A DNA stretch of 63,768 nt, counting the filler, from Lama guanicoe (taxonomy: Eukaryota), in the NCBI GenBank assembly GCA_013239625.1. It is 173 parts of 173 records of this genome, joined end to end, with 100 filler letters (N's around TTAATTAATTAA, not from the genome) between each part and the next. Parts side by side here need not be neighbours in the genome. Positions count along the whole stretch, not along the records: positions 37,266 to 37,534 come from PNXV01051301.1; positions 37,635 to 37,903 come from PNXV01051302.1; positions 38,004 to 38,272 come from PNXV01051303.1; positions 38,373 to 38,641 come from PNXV01051304.1; positions 38,742 to 39,010 come from PNXV01051305.1; positions 39,111 to 39,379 come from PNXV01051306.1; positions 39,480 to 39,748 come from PNXV01051307.1; positions 39,849 to 40,117 come from PNXV01051308.1; 165 more parts are not named here. The stretch is one strand, 5' to 3'. Positions 37,166-48,560 of the stretch are shown in pieces; position 1 is the first letter of the stretch; each line of letters starts with the position of its first letter. The translations under genes and the position numbers were made by a program. Under the pieces are notes generated by a model. The model searched no databases and was not told the origin of the DNA. It worked only from the letters and a program-made list of their open reading frames with translations.

Positions 37166-38372
37166 NNNNNNNNNNNNNNNNNNNNNNNNNNNNNNNNNNN
37201 NNNNNNNNNTTAATTAATTAANNNNNNNNNNNNNNNNNNNNNNNNNNNNNNNNNNNNNNNNNNNNAGACAAATTGTGTATGGTTGCCTGCTGTATCTCCT
37301 AGTCACCCTTCTTTCTGCTCTTTACCAAAGAGGAAAATAAGCCCTCAAAGTAAGTAACAATAAAGGTCAATATATCAGCAAAAGATTAATATTTGGGCAC
37401 TGTAGAGCCTGCCAAATTAAGTGGAAAATTTTATAAATCAAGTAATAGAAAGGATCTATTTCCTCTCCATCTTGTTATAACTTGAAAAAAAGAGCTAATT
37501 AGAAAACATGATTTAGAGGAAGAAAATAGAACAANNNNNNNNNNNNNNNNNNNNNNNNNNNNNNNNNNNNNNNNNNNNTTAATTAATTAANNNNNNNNNN
37601 NNNNNNNNNNNNNNNNNNNNNNNNNNNNNNNNNNTGGTATTGTATTATACAATTGTGAGCCTGTATACTTTTTAGCATCTTTCAATGAATTCTGCGTTGG
37701 CAGCAAGAGCATCAAAATCTAAAACCTACTGACAAATATGGCAATAAGCTAGAGAAGCCCCATTCATTGCTGACTCCTGGAATTAAATGACATCATCATA
37801 TCTCTGTCCTGTCCCTGCTTCCTCTGGGTCTGCCCATTACCCAGGCTTCACATTCTCTCTTTCCCTTCTCAACCCCTAGGTCCTGTCTTTTCCCTGTAAT
37901 TGANNNNNNNNNNNNNNNNNNNNNNNNNNNNNNNNNNNNNNNNNNNNTTAATTAATTAANNNNNNNNNNNNNNNNNNNNNNNNNNNNNNNNNNNNNNNNN
38001 NNNGGGAAAAGAAAGGAAGACTTGGATCGGAGCAGGGGTGAGGACCAAAAGACATGCTTTTCTGTAGAGTCTATGTACCTGAGCAGCCGGAAGTAGAAAA
38101 TGCGGAAGCAGAAGTGGACTGTAGCATGGCTATGGTAGTGAATGTGGTGTGTACTACTCCCTTCACAGCCATTCTGTGAGGCAAACAGAGAAGAAATGAA
38201 CATCCTGTGTCACAATGAGTGGTTTGAATCTGGATTCAAATAAGGGAAATGTATTGCTAAGGAGATAAGGCCNNNNNNNNNNNNNNNNNNNNNNNNNNNN
38301 NNNNNNNNNNNNNNNNTTAATTAATTAANNNNNNNNNNNNNNNNNNNNNNNNNNNNNNNNNNNNNNNNNNNN

Positions 38373-38641
38373 ACTTTCACTTGACATATTTAATGGTGAA
38401 AGGCTGAGTATATTTTCATTGAGTTCAACAAATCAAGGATGTCTTCTCTCACCAACCTTATTCAATATCATACTATAAGGAGCCACCAGTATTAATAATG
38501 TTAGAAAGATAAATGAAAGGCACACAGATTGTAAAGGGAAAAATAAAACTATGCCTATGAGCAGATGACATGATGTAATCATACAAAACCCGAGGAACCT
38601 ACACTACTGAAAGCTTCCTAGAACTGATAAGTTCAACAAGC
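38373..38641 (+). mobile_element. Old L1 ORF2 (RT region); pair 2a with 39480-39748 (reverse complement)
   Basis: Contains gcagatgacatgat (ADDM); 12 substitutions against the partner; 49-bp identical ends. Confidence 0.93.
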
Positions 38642-39110
38642 NNNNNNNNNNNNNNNNNNNNNNNNNNNNNNNNNNNNNNNNNNNNTTAATTAATTAANNN
38701 NNNNNNNNNNNNNNNNNNNNNNNNNNNNNNNNNNNNNNNNNTTCGCAGGCCAATAACTGGGAGGATGACTCCAACCACTTTGGGGAAGAGACGGGGCTTC
38801 CCAGGACCTGGGCCACCGCCCACCCTCTGACCTCTCAGGGCCAGCCTGGGGGCTGTCCTGGCGCGTGGGAAGGCCGTTTAGCAGCCATTGTGTTACAATG
38901 AGCGGATATTGAAGCTCAAGGCCTCCTGGGAGTTGAGTCTTCCCCCGTCTGGGTGCTAGTTGCTGTGTCATTCCTTGAATGGCTGTGCCCTGCCCTCTTC
39001 CCTCCTGTCTNNNNNNNNNNNNNNNNNNNNNNNNNNNNNNNNNNNNNNNNNNNNTTAATTAATTAANNNNNNNNNNNNNNNNNNNNNNNNNNNNNNNNNN
39101 NNNNNNNNNN

Positions 39111-39379
39111 AATAACACTACTGTGAACGTTGGGGTGCATGTATCTTTTTGAATTGGTGATTTTGTTCTTTTTTTTTTGACATATATACCCAGAAATGGA
39201 ATTGCTGGATCATATGATAATTCTATGTATAGTTTTTTGAGAAACTGCCACAATGTTTTCCATAGCAGCTGTACCAATTTCCATTCCCACCAACAGGCCA
39301 ACAGGATATGAGGGCCCCCCTTTCTCCACGTCCTCACCAGGACTTGTTATTGGTGTTCTTTCTGGTGATGGCCATTCTG
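39111..39379 (-). mobile_element. LINE-1 ORF2 3' end
   Basis: Minus translation KLVQLLWKTLWQFLKKLYIELSYDPAIPFLGIY is the L1 ORF2 C-terminus. Confidence 0.92.
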
Positions 39380-39479
39380 NNNNNNNNNNNNNNNNNNNNN
39401 NNNNNNNNNNNNNNNNNNNNNNNTTAATTAATTAANNNNNNNNNNNNNNNNNNNNNNNNNNNNNNNNNNNNNNNNNNNN

Positions 39480-39748
39480 GCTTGTTGAACTTATCAGTTC
39501 TAGGAAGCTTTCAGTAGTGTAGGTTCCTTGGGTTTTGTATGAATACATCATGTCATCTGCTTATAGGCATAGTTTCATTTCTCCCTTTACAATCTGTGTG
39601 CCTTTCATTTATCTTTGTAATGTTATTAATACTGGTGGCTGCTTATAGTATGATATTGAATAGGATTGGTGAGAGAAGACATCCTTGATTTGTTGAACAC
39701 AATGAAAATATACTCAGCCTTTCACCATTAAATATGTCAAGTGAAAGT
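39480..39748 (-). mobile_element. Old L1 ORF2; pair 2b
   Basis: Reverse complement aligns end to end with 38373-38641. Confidence 0.93.
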
Positions 39749-40279
39749 NNNNNNNNNNNNNNNNNNNNNNNNNNNNNNNNNNNNNNNNNNNNTTAATTAA
39801 TTAANNNNNNNNNNNNNNNNNNNNNNNNNNNNNNNNNNNNNNNNNNNNAGGGGGTTGTGCTAGAAGCCCAGTGTCAGTGAGTCATCCCCAATGTCACAGA
39901 AGGAAATTATCAGACTTTCCCCTATCAGGGAACACCTGTGACTAAAGATAGCTGCGTGGAGTTGCCTCTCAAGCTCCCCCCCACACAGAGAAATTTTCCA
40001 GAATGCTTAGCGTGGGGAGGATCCAACAAACGTCGGCAGCGCATGGGTTCAAACCGAATCCCTTAGGAGGTCTCGCCTGTGATTTTTCCTGAGTCTGGCT
40101 GCCCGGGAATTTTGGGGNNNNNNNNNNNNNNNNNNNNNNNNNNNNNNNNNNNNNNNNNNNNTTAATTAATTAANNNNNNNNNNNNNNNNNNNNNNNNNNN
40201 NNNNNNNNNNNNNNNNNTACATCTTCATTGAAGGCTTTCTGAAGCCTCATTATCCTTATTCCAAAATATATGTAAGAGA

Positions 40280-40362
40280 GCTGCTCTCCCTTCTGAGACG
40301 GACCACAGTTCTGTGTATGGAATGTGTATCTCTCTGAATAAACTTGCTTTCACTTAAAAAAA
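40280..40362 (+). mobile_element. Short polyadenylated LTR-R-like retrocopy with 17-18-bp TSD
   Basis: caaaatatatgtaagaga (40262-40279) and caaaatatatctaagaga (40365-40382) flank the insert; AATAAA 40337-40342; A7 at 40356-40362. Confidence 0.75.
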
Positions 40363-40586
40363 CACAAAATATATCTAAGAGAAGGAGTTTAGAAAAAAAA
40401 CAAATTGCTTTTAGTTTTTCATCCTCTTCTTTGAGCTTGAGGATGGAGAGGCCAGTATTATTTATTTATTATTAGAAAGAAAAATTNNNNNNNNNNNNNN
40501 NNNNNNNNNNNNNNNNNNNNNNNNNNNNNNTTAATTAATTAANNNNNNNNNNNNNNNNNNNNNNNNNNNNNNNNNNNNNNNNNNNN

Positions 40587-40855
40587 ATTTGATTATTATT
40601 TGTTCTACTTCTATGAACTATGTCCTAGGTAATTTAATAGGGATTGCATTAAATCTGTAGATTCCCTTGGGCATTGTGACTATTTTATTAAAATGGAAAG
40701 ACATGCCATGCTCCTGGATTGGAAGACTCAATATTTTAAAATAGTCTTTTTAATTTCCTTAATCAGTGTTTTCTAGTTCTCCATGTGTAAGTCTTCCATC
40801 TCCTTAGTTATTTTTATGACTAGGTGTTTTATTATTTTGGGTGCTATTTTAAAGG
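40587..40855 (-). mobile_element. LINE-1 ORF2 with an internal ~59-bp micro-inversion
   Basis: Antisense L1 interrupted at 40688-40746 by sense aaatggaaagacatgccatgctcctggattggaagactcaatatt. Confidence 0.88.
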
Positions 40856-40955
40856 NNNNNNNNNNNNNNNNNNNNNNNNNNNNNNNNNNNNNNNNNNNNT
40901 TAATTAATTAANNNNNNNNNNNNNNNNNNNNNNNNNNNNNNNNNNNNNNNNNNNN

Positions 40956-41224
40956 TTTTTTCATTTGTCTGTCAGTAGACACTTAGGTTGCTTCCATTAT
41001 TGGCTATCGTAAATAATGCCACAGTGAACATAGGGGTACATATCTTTTCAAATTAGCGGGGTTTTTTCTTCAGAAAAATACCCAGAATTGAAATTGCTGG
41101 ATCATGTGGTAGTTCTATTTTTAACTTTTTGAGGAAATTTGATACCATTTTCCGTAGAGGCTGTACCGGTTTATGTTCCCGCCAATCATACATGACAGTT
41201 CCCTTTTCTCCACATCCTTGACAA
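40956..41224 (-). mobile_element. LINE-1 3' end
   Basis: acacttaggttgcttcca ... ttcccttttctccacatcct. Confidence 0.9.
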
Positions 41225-41499
41225 NNNNNNNNNNNNNNNNNNNNNNNNNNNNNNNNNNNNNNNNNNNNTTAATTAATTAANNNNNNNNNNNNNNNNNNNN
41301 NNNNNNNNNNNNNNNNNNNNNNNNTTTTTTTTTCAATATTTTATTCTGAAAATGAAATCAAATCTGAAAGCGCAGAGTTCTTCCTCACATGTCTTCGTTC
41401 CAAGTCTACATGCACCCTTCTTTTCCCACCATTGCCAGCAACTGTAACATGTTAACTCATTTGCCAGACCTATCGTAAAACTAAGCAGGTCAGCCTTAC

Positions 41500-41581
41500 C
41501 TTCGTGATACCAAGTTATCAGCAGAGTTACTAAGTCAAGTTCAAGGTGTCTTTGAATTTCTTTTTGTCTTTGGACTCTGTT
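41500..41581 (-). CDS. Candidate complete 82-nt coding exon, gene unidentified
   Basis: tatctttactag| NRVQRQKEIQRHLELDLVTLLITWYHE+g |GTAAGG; only the phase-0 frame is open. Confidence 0.5.
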
Positions 41582-42062
41582 CTAGTAAAGATANNNNNNN
41601 NNNNNNNNNNNNNNNNNNNNNNNNNNNNNNNNNNNNNTTAATTAATTAANNNNNNNNNNNNNNNNNNNNNNNNNNNNNNNNNNNNNNNNNNNNTCATAAT
41701 GTGTAAGAAGTTACATGTCTAGATTTTGTTTTGATCAGGAAGACGAAAGAATACTGCAAATGGTAAAGCAAAAAAATATTGCCGACCTGCTCTTCTTTGT
41801 CCTAAAAAGACTAAAAATGCTACAAATCCATCCCAGGGCTCCTCCACCCCTTCTCCAGCCGTTGGCATATGGAGATAACATTTAAAAATCTGTATCTCTT
41901 CTCTTTTTAATTGCTTCCAGTATTAGCATTTATCTTTCTGATACGGAAAATGTTTTTTTTTTNNNNNNNNNNNNNNNNNNNNNNNNNNNNNNNNNNNNNN
42001 NNNNNNTTAATTAATTAANNNNNNNNNNNNNNNNNNNNNNNNNNNNNNNNNNNNNNNNNNNN

Positions 42063-42331
42063 GCCGCCCCGCAGGGGGCCCACTGTCCGGACGCACGGGC
42101 AGCGGGCCGGAGGCCTTTGCTCCGCTCCTCGCGGTCCTCCGGCCCGCCCGCAGCGGCCCTGTCCAAACTCCCCTCTCGCCCAGAGGAGCGACGCGCCGGC
42201 GGGGCCGCAGCCGGAGGAGGGCGCCCGGCCGTTCCGCGCCGAGCGGGCCTCTGTGATTCTCGCCTTCACCGCCGCTTCCCGAGCGGCACGTGCTTCCGGA
42301 CTGCACGCAGCAGCGAGGCCAGCCGGGACCG
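42063..42331. promoter_or_regulatory. CpG island promoter fragment with adjacent E-box and ETS motif
   Basis: CACGTG 42287-42292 abutting CTTCCGG 42293-42299 in CpG-rich DNA. Confidence 0.7.
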
Positions 42332-42431
42332 NNNNNNNNNNNNNNNNNNNNNNNNNNNNNNNNNNNNNNNNNNNNTTAATTAATTAANNNNNNNNNNNNN
42401 NNNNNNNNNNNNNNNNNNNNNNNNNNNNNNN

Positions 42432-42700
42432 TTTTTTTTTGTCTTCAGGTAATTTGTAAATTTTGCATTTGCTTTCTTTGTTGCCCCAATAGCTGTTCAG
42501 TCTCCACATATCTGTGATGTTTCCAGATTTCTTTTTGTAGTTGATTTCGAGTTTCATACCATTGTGATCAGAAAAGATGCTCGATATGACTTCAAACCTC
42601 TTAAATTTACTGAGACTTGCTTTGTGTCCTAACATATTGTCTATCCCTGAGAAAGTTCCATGTGCACTTGAGAAAAATGTGTATTCTGCTGCATTTGGAA
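42432..42700 (-). mobile_element. LINE-1 ORF2 endonuclease fragment
   Basis: MLGHKASLSKFKRFEVISSIFSDHNGMKLEIN includes the APE-family SDH motif. Confidence 0.93.
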
Positions 42701-43538
42701 NNNNNNNNNNNNNNNNNNNNNNNNNNNNNNNNNNNNNNNNNNNNTTAATTAATTAANNNNNNNNNNNNNNNNNNNNNNNNNNNNNNNNNNNNNNNNNNNN
42801 CTCAGCCCCACTCCGAGCCCCTGATCTGCACTGACTGCAGTTCCCATCGCGCCCCCCACCCACTGCCCCTGGGAGGGTTTCAATTTGGCCTGGGATAACA
42901 AGAATTAATCCAACGCTCTGTTCCAGCAGCTAGGGTATGGGATGCTAGTGATACCTCAACTGATAACAGAGACTCCCTAATGGTGACCTATTTAAAACAC
43001 CACCTGGAGAGAGGGGAAGCGTTCAGAGATAAGCCAAGTTGTCTGCAGGTCCCAGGACTCTCAGTCTCTNNNNNNNNNNNNNNNNNNNNNNNNNNNNNNN
43101 NNNNNNNNNNNNNTTAATTAATTAANNNNNNNNNNNNNNNNNNNNNNNNNNNNNNNNNNNNNNNNNNNNGTGTGTGTGTGTGTGTGTGTGTGGTTATTTG
43201 CAGCTAGTGTTTACGGGGTAGTTCCTGTGAGTGAATAGGGCCCAAGTGCCTCACTCACCAACCACCTTGTGGGGGTTTGTATCCTAGGGGCTCCTCTTTC
43301 ACCATTGTCTGGGATGGAACAGGTAGAAGCCTGAGAAAACAGGCCCATCCAAAGTCTCCCTCTCATACTTCAAGGTCAAGATCAAACCCCTCCAGGGCTC
43401 ATGGCCCAGCTGCCTCCTTCACCAGGCCCTACCTGAATNNNNNNNNNNNNNNNNNNNNNNNNNNNNNNNNNNNNNNNNNNNNTTAATTAATTAANNNNNN
43501 NNNNNNNNNNNNNNNNNNNNNNNNNNNNNNNNNNNNNN

Positions 43539-43807
43539 TCTTTCCTATTTCCGGTTTGAATTTCCTGCAATTTTCACACAAAAGCCAATTGGAGCTAGAA
43601 ATCCCCCATATATATTTACATAGGTAATTTTCCAACTGAAAAGAAAATTTGTATTCCCAGCAACCTAACTGAAGTTAGGCTTTCACACAAAGATAACCCT
43701 CAGAAATCAGCATGTAGAGAGAGGTTCTTTAATCAAGCACAAATGGTAGGGGTTGCAATTCAAACACTTACTCTGGGTTCCCAGTCTGCTTCCTAGAGCC
43801 CGTTGGA
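43539..43807 (+). repeat. ~248-bp satellite, copy 4
   Basis: ttccta at 43542 recurs at 43790 (period 248); shares ttggagctag, ctttcaca and gggttgca blocks with the other copies. Confidence 0.85.
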
Positions 43808-43907
43808 NNNNNNNNNNNNNNNNNNNNNNNNNNNNNNNNNNNNNNNNNNNNTTAATTAATTAANNNNNNNNNNNNNNNNNNNNNNNNNNNNNNNNNNNNN
43901 NNNNNNN

Positions 43908-44176
43908 TGGTTTCTATAGCTTCCTGTTTCTTTTCTATTTAGAGTAGAACTTTCAAAATTTCTTTTAACACAGGTTTAGTATTGAGCATTTCTTTTAGTT
44001 TTTGCTTGTCTGTGAAGTTCTTTCTCTCTCCTTGCTTTTCTGTCTGCTATTCTGATTGAGTGACTTCTGTTATCCTGTCTCCTAAGTCATTTACTTGTCC
44101 CTCTGCATTATCTATTCTGCTTTTGAGTGCCTTTAGCTCAGCTCTTATCTCAGCCATTGAGTTTTCTGTTTTTAAT
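43908..44176 (-). mobile_element. LINE-1 ORF1-region fragment
   Basis: ttcttttagtttttgcttgtctgtgaagttc ... ctctgcattatctattctgct. Confidence 0.7.
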
Positions 44177-44645
44177 NNNNNNNNNNNNNNNNNNNNNNNN
44201 NNNNNNNNNNNNNNNNNNNNTTAATTAATTAANNNNNNNNNNNNNNNNNNNNNNNNNNNNNNNNNNNNNNNNNNNNAAACCCCAAGTTAAAATTAGAATA
44301 TAAGCTAAGTTTATGTTAACTCCCCATTATACTTTCTTTGCCCTTTATCCTTTAGACTGTCCTCTCTCCATACTGACCCTCCCAGTCAATCTCAGTTCTC
44401 AAACTGTCAAGTTGTTTTAGCAGAGGGTTATTTGATAAATGAATTCCCAGTAAGATAATCATAATTTAACTAAGTTCAGGAATTTTTGCATTTTAATACA
44501 GAACCAGAAAATGGCAGTTCTGTGAACTTCAGATGCTGTAGCACCNNNNNNNNNNNNNNNNNNNNNNNNNNNNNNNNNNNNNNNNNNNNTTAATTAATTA
44601 ANNNNNNNNNNNNNNNNNNNNNNNNNNNNNNNNNNNNNNNNNNNN

Positions 44646-44914
44646 TAGTATGGGAGCCCCCTGGGTAGGGGCAGAAAGGAAAGAACCACCAGAAAAGGGA
44701 GACTTAAAGCATGAACGCTTGTGAACAGTCTAGTCCGTGATGTTGTTGGGACAGTTTGACTTCTACATAGAAATGATTAAAAATAAAATTACTTTACCGT
44801 GCAAACTCTGTGCTTTAAGAGTGTAAGAAATGGCTTGGGGAAGGTAGCCCCAAATCTAAGAAGGCTGTTGTGTTATTTATTCAATAAAATTATTTGTAGA
44901 CCCTGCAAAAAAAA
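44646..44914 (+). other. 3'UTR-like end with AATAAA and A-run (possible retrocopy tail)
   Basis: AATAAA 44883-44888; A8 begins 18 nt later at 44907. Confidence 0.45.
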
Positions 44915-47597
44915 NNNNNNNNNNNNNNNNNNNNNNNNNNNNNNNNNNNNNNNNNNNNTTAATTAATTAANNNNNNNNNNNNNNNNNNNNNNNNNNNNNN
45001 NNNNNNNNNNNNNNATAAAGTAAAAAAGAATGAATTAAAATTACTTTAATTGGATATAAAAAATTCTAGGAAAAATTATGTGAAGTATTTGAATACTTGG
45101 GGACACTTGGAGAATAGGCTTAAGAGCCGTGTAAGAATGACTCTCCAGCTTACACTTGAGCAACAAATTATATAGGAATTTATACAGGCTTTCAAAGACC
45201 AGAGAAGGGAGGACTATGGGAGAAGTTCACAAGCAAAAAATTGCCTTAGAATAGTAGAGATCTGGGAGAGTGCAAGTCAGTGANNNNNNNNNNNNNNNNN
45301 NNNNNNNNNNNNNNNNNNNNNNNNNNNTTAATTAATTAANNNNNNNNNNNNNNNNNNNNNNNNNNNNNNNNNNNNNNNNNNNNTTACATACCTGGCCAGG
45401 GTTGGCTCCACTGAGAGCCCTGGTTGTTTAGGACAGAGGGAGCAGAATCCAGCAACTGTGGTTTTGGTTCAAAGCCTCTTGCTAGGCCCCCCAGCCCCTC
45501 CACAACCAGACGTATAGTCACACGCCAGCTGGGTTGATGCACAGCAGAAGTCAGCATCCCAGCCTGTAAGAGGGAGGGAGGGGCAGACAGAGCAGGAGAG
45601 GAAAGTCCGGGGGAGCTGCTGACCCACAGGTCAGAGCAGTAGCCTGGGTTCTNNNNNNNNNNNNNNNNNNNNNNNNNNNNNNNNNNNNNNNNNNNNTTAA
45701 TTAATTAANNNNNNNNNNNNNNNNNNNNNNNNNNNNNNNNNNNNNNNNNNNNGTGCTATTATTTTGGAATTATTTATCTTCCAAATGCCTTAGCTATTTT
45801 AGAGAAATATGAATGTAAGTTTATTTTGATATAAATTTCTTAAAATATTTGTCTTCCCCTGGGGGCATTTTCACCAAAATTGACATTTACTAACTTGCAT
45901 GTAACAATTCAAGTGCAATTTATCATGCAAGAACCTAGAAGTATATGAGGAAGTTTGAGCAAACTGGAAGAAAGAAGAGTAATTTGCATTGTTTTTATTT
46001 ATTGAATGTTATAAAAAAAAANNNNNNNNNNNNNNNNNNNNNNNNNNNNNNNNNNNNNNNNNNNNTTAATTAATTAANNNNNNNNNNNNNNNNNNNNNNN
46101 NNNNNNNNNNNNNNNNNNNNNTGAAAAAGTCAACACATCAAGAAACACCCCATGGCAAGGGGTTCTCAGGCCCACAGTAACCATCTGCTTCAGGTGCTGA
46201 GGACTCCGTGTGTCAGGAGGAAGGCAGGTTACCTGGAGTCTCAAGGCGATGTCTGCTCCCTGCATCTGCCTGTGACATTCTTCAAGCCTTCTCCTACGAG
46301 TTACAAATTGTTTCATCAGAGAAAACACAATGCTGGGCATGCTGTTAAATAACTTGCTCCAGTCCATGTTATCTGCACTGCACACTCACANNNNNNNNNN
46401 NNNNNNNNNNNNNNNNNNNNNNNNNNNNNNNNNNTTAATTAATTAANNNNNNNNNNNNNNNNNNNNNNNNNNNNNNNNNNNNNNNNNNNNGAGGTTAAAA
46501 AAAATAACCCGAAATCAGAACCCAGGACTCATACTGCCTGCGGAAGTGGTTAAGAGCACAGAGCCCCGAGAGAGGACGCACAGCTGTGTGGGTCCCTCTG
46601 TGCAGCGGCCAGCTCAGCTCGGAGCCCTGCTTTGCTCACGTGGTGTGGGCCACCGAGGGCAGGACAGACGCAAATCTCTGCTCTGTCTGCAACCATGACG
46701 GTCCACAGCCCCCCACAAAGTGCCCTGCCCCTCGACTGGGCTGTAACATAGGTTCCCATNNNNNNNNNNNNNNNNNNNNNNNNNNNNNNNNNNNNNNNNN
46801 NNNTTAATTAATTAANNNNNNNNNNNNNNNNNNNNNNNNNNNNNNNNNNNNNNNNNNNNAATGTGTAAGGATGCAATGGCATCAATGCAATCTGATACAT
46901 CTTATCGATTGGAAGGAAACTGCAAGGAGCTGTAAGGCACTGGTTATGCTCTCGCCAGCTCTTCTCCAGGTTTGAAAACACATCTGCTGTCATAGTCTAT
47001 TTGCTATTTCTCAGTCAAACAGGCACTAGGATGCTATTTACTGGCTGTTCCTAGATAATGTATGCTTTAGCCAAACCCAGGAATTACACAGTACCTTGAA
47101 CTTCAGTCCAGTGTTGAATTCCACCACCNNNNNNNNNNNNNNNNNNNNNNNNNNNNNNNNNNNNNNNNNNNNTTAATTAATTAANNNNNNNNNNNNNNNN
47201 NNNNNNNNNNNNNNNNNNNNNNNNNNNNTGAATATTACATGGCCCTCACACCTTTTACTCCTGCTGTTGCTAGGCTGAGAAGATTATGAAAATATGTTAA
47301 TAGTAACTTTCATCAAATAAAAGTTGCAATATTCCAAATAAAGCATTCTTCCCCCTCCTCTTAAAATACAAATGGTGAAGGGTTTCACACGTTTTTGTTT
47401 CCCTGTGGGAGACTAGATAACTGTAGGCCAATTAAATTAATGAGAAAAGACTGCGTGCATGGCAGTATTTGTACATAATCCTGGCTGGCTGCACATANNN
47501 NNNNNNNNNNNNNNNNNNNNNNNNNNNNNNNNNNNNNNNNNTTAATTAATTAANNNNNNNNNNNNNNNNNNNNNNNNNNNNNNNNNNNNNNNNNNNN

Positions 47598-47866
47598 TCT
47601 CTTCATTTCTTGGTCAGATAATTGAACAGCCTCATACTTCTTTCCAACGGGTTCCAGCGCTGTCTAACCTCATTATTTTCTGTACTATTTTTTTCTCCTG
47701 AAACACAAGTCTGATTCTATCACACTCATGCTGAAAATTTAAATTGTCTATCAGAATTTCAGATAATGTCCAAACTTCTCAGAGTGCATAATCTCTTCAT
47801 GAGCTGGCTCCTGCGTGTCTTTCTAACCCTATTTCTTATCTCTCCCCCATATGCCTTGTGCATCCT
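47598..47866 (+). mobile_element. L2 fragment
   Basis: aaacacaagtctgattctatcacactcatgctgaaaa ... tccaaacttctca ... cttcatgagctggctcctgc. Confidence 0.7.
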
Positions 47867-48335
47867 NNNNNNNNNNNNNNNNNNNNNNNNNNNNNNNNNN
47901 NNNNNNNNNNTTAATTAATTAANNNNNNNNNNNNNNNNNNNNNNNNNNNNNNNNNNNNNNNNNNNNTTGAGTGTGACCTTGGCTCCAGAATCTCACAAAC
48001 TGGCATGATGTTTTACTTTTTTGACCCAGGGGATTTGGAACACGCTTCACAGTGACCAAAAACCCTTATGCTGAAGCGCCAGGGTGGAGGAGCAAATACA
48101 GAACCTTCACTACTTGGCCCTCTTCTTGAATGTTTAGCACTGTTTGGTCCCAAGGCTTTTAGTGATTAGACAAACCCTTGGAGGCCAAGGCACCCTTTTC
48201 TGTAAAGTACTCTGTCCTGTATACCTTATGGGGCGNNNNNNNNNNNNNNNNNNNNNNNNNNNNNNNNNNNNNNNNNNNNTTAATTAATTAANNNNNNNNN
48301 NNNNNNNNNNNNNNNNNNNNNNNNNNNNNNNNNNN

Positions 48336-48560
48336 AGGGTTTGGGAATTAACAAACACATGTTACTCTATATAAAGTGGATAAACAACAAGGACCTACTG
48401 TATAGCATAGGGGACTATATTCAATTTTTTCTAATAACATATAATGGAAAAGAATATAAAAAGAAAAAATATATATATATGTATAACTGAATCACTTTGC
48501 CGTAAACCTGAAACTAACATTGTAAATAAACTACACTGCAATAAATTTTGTGTTTAAAAA
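48336..48560 (+). mobile_element. LINE-1 3'UTR terminus
   Basis: gataaacaacaaggacctactgtatagca ... tataactgaatcactttgc ... caataaa. Confidence 0.9.
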
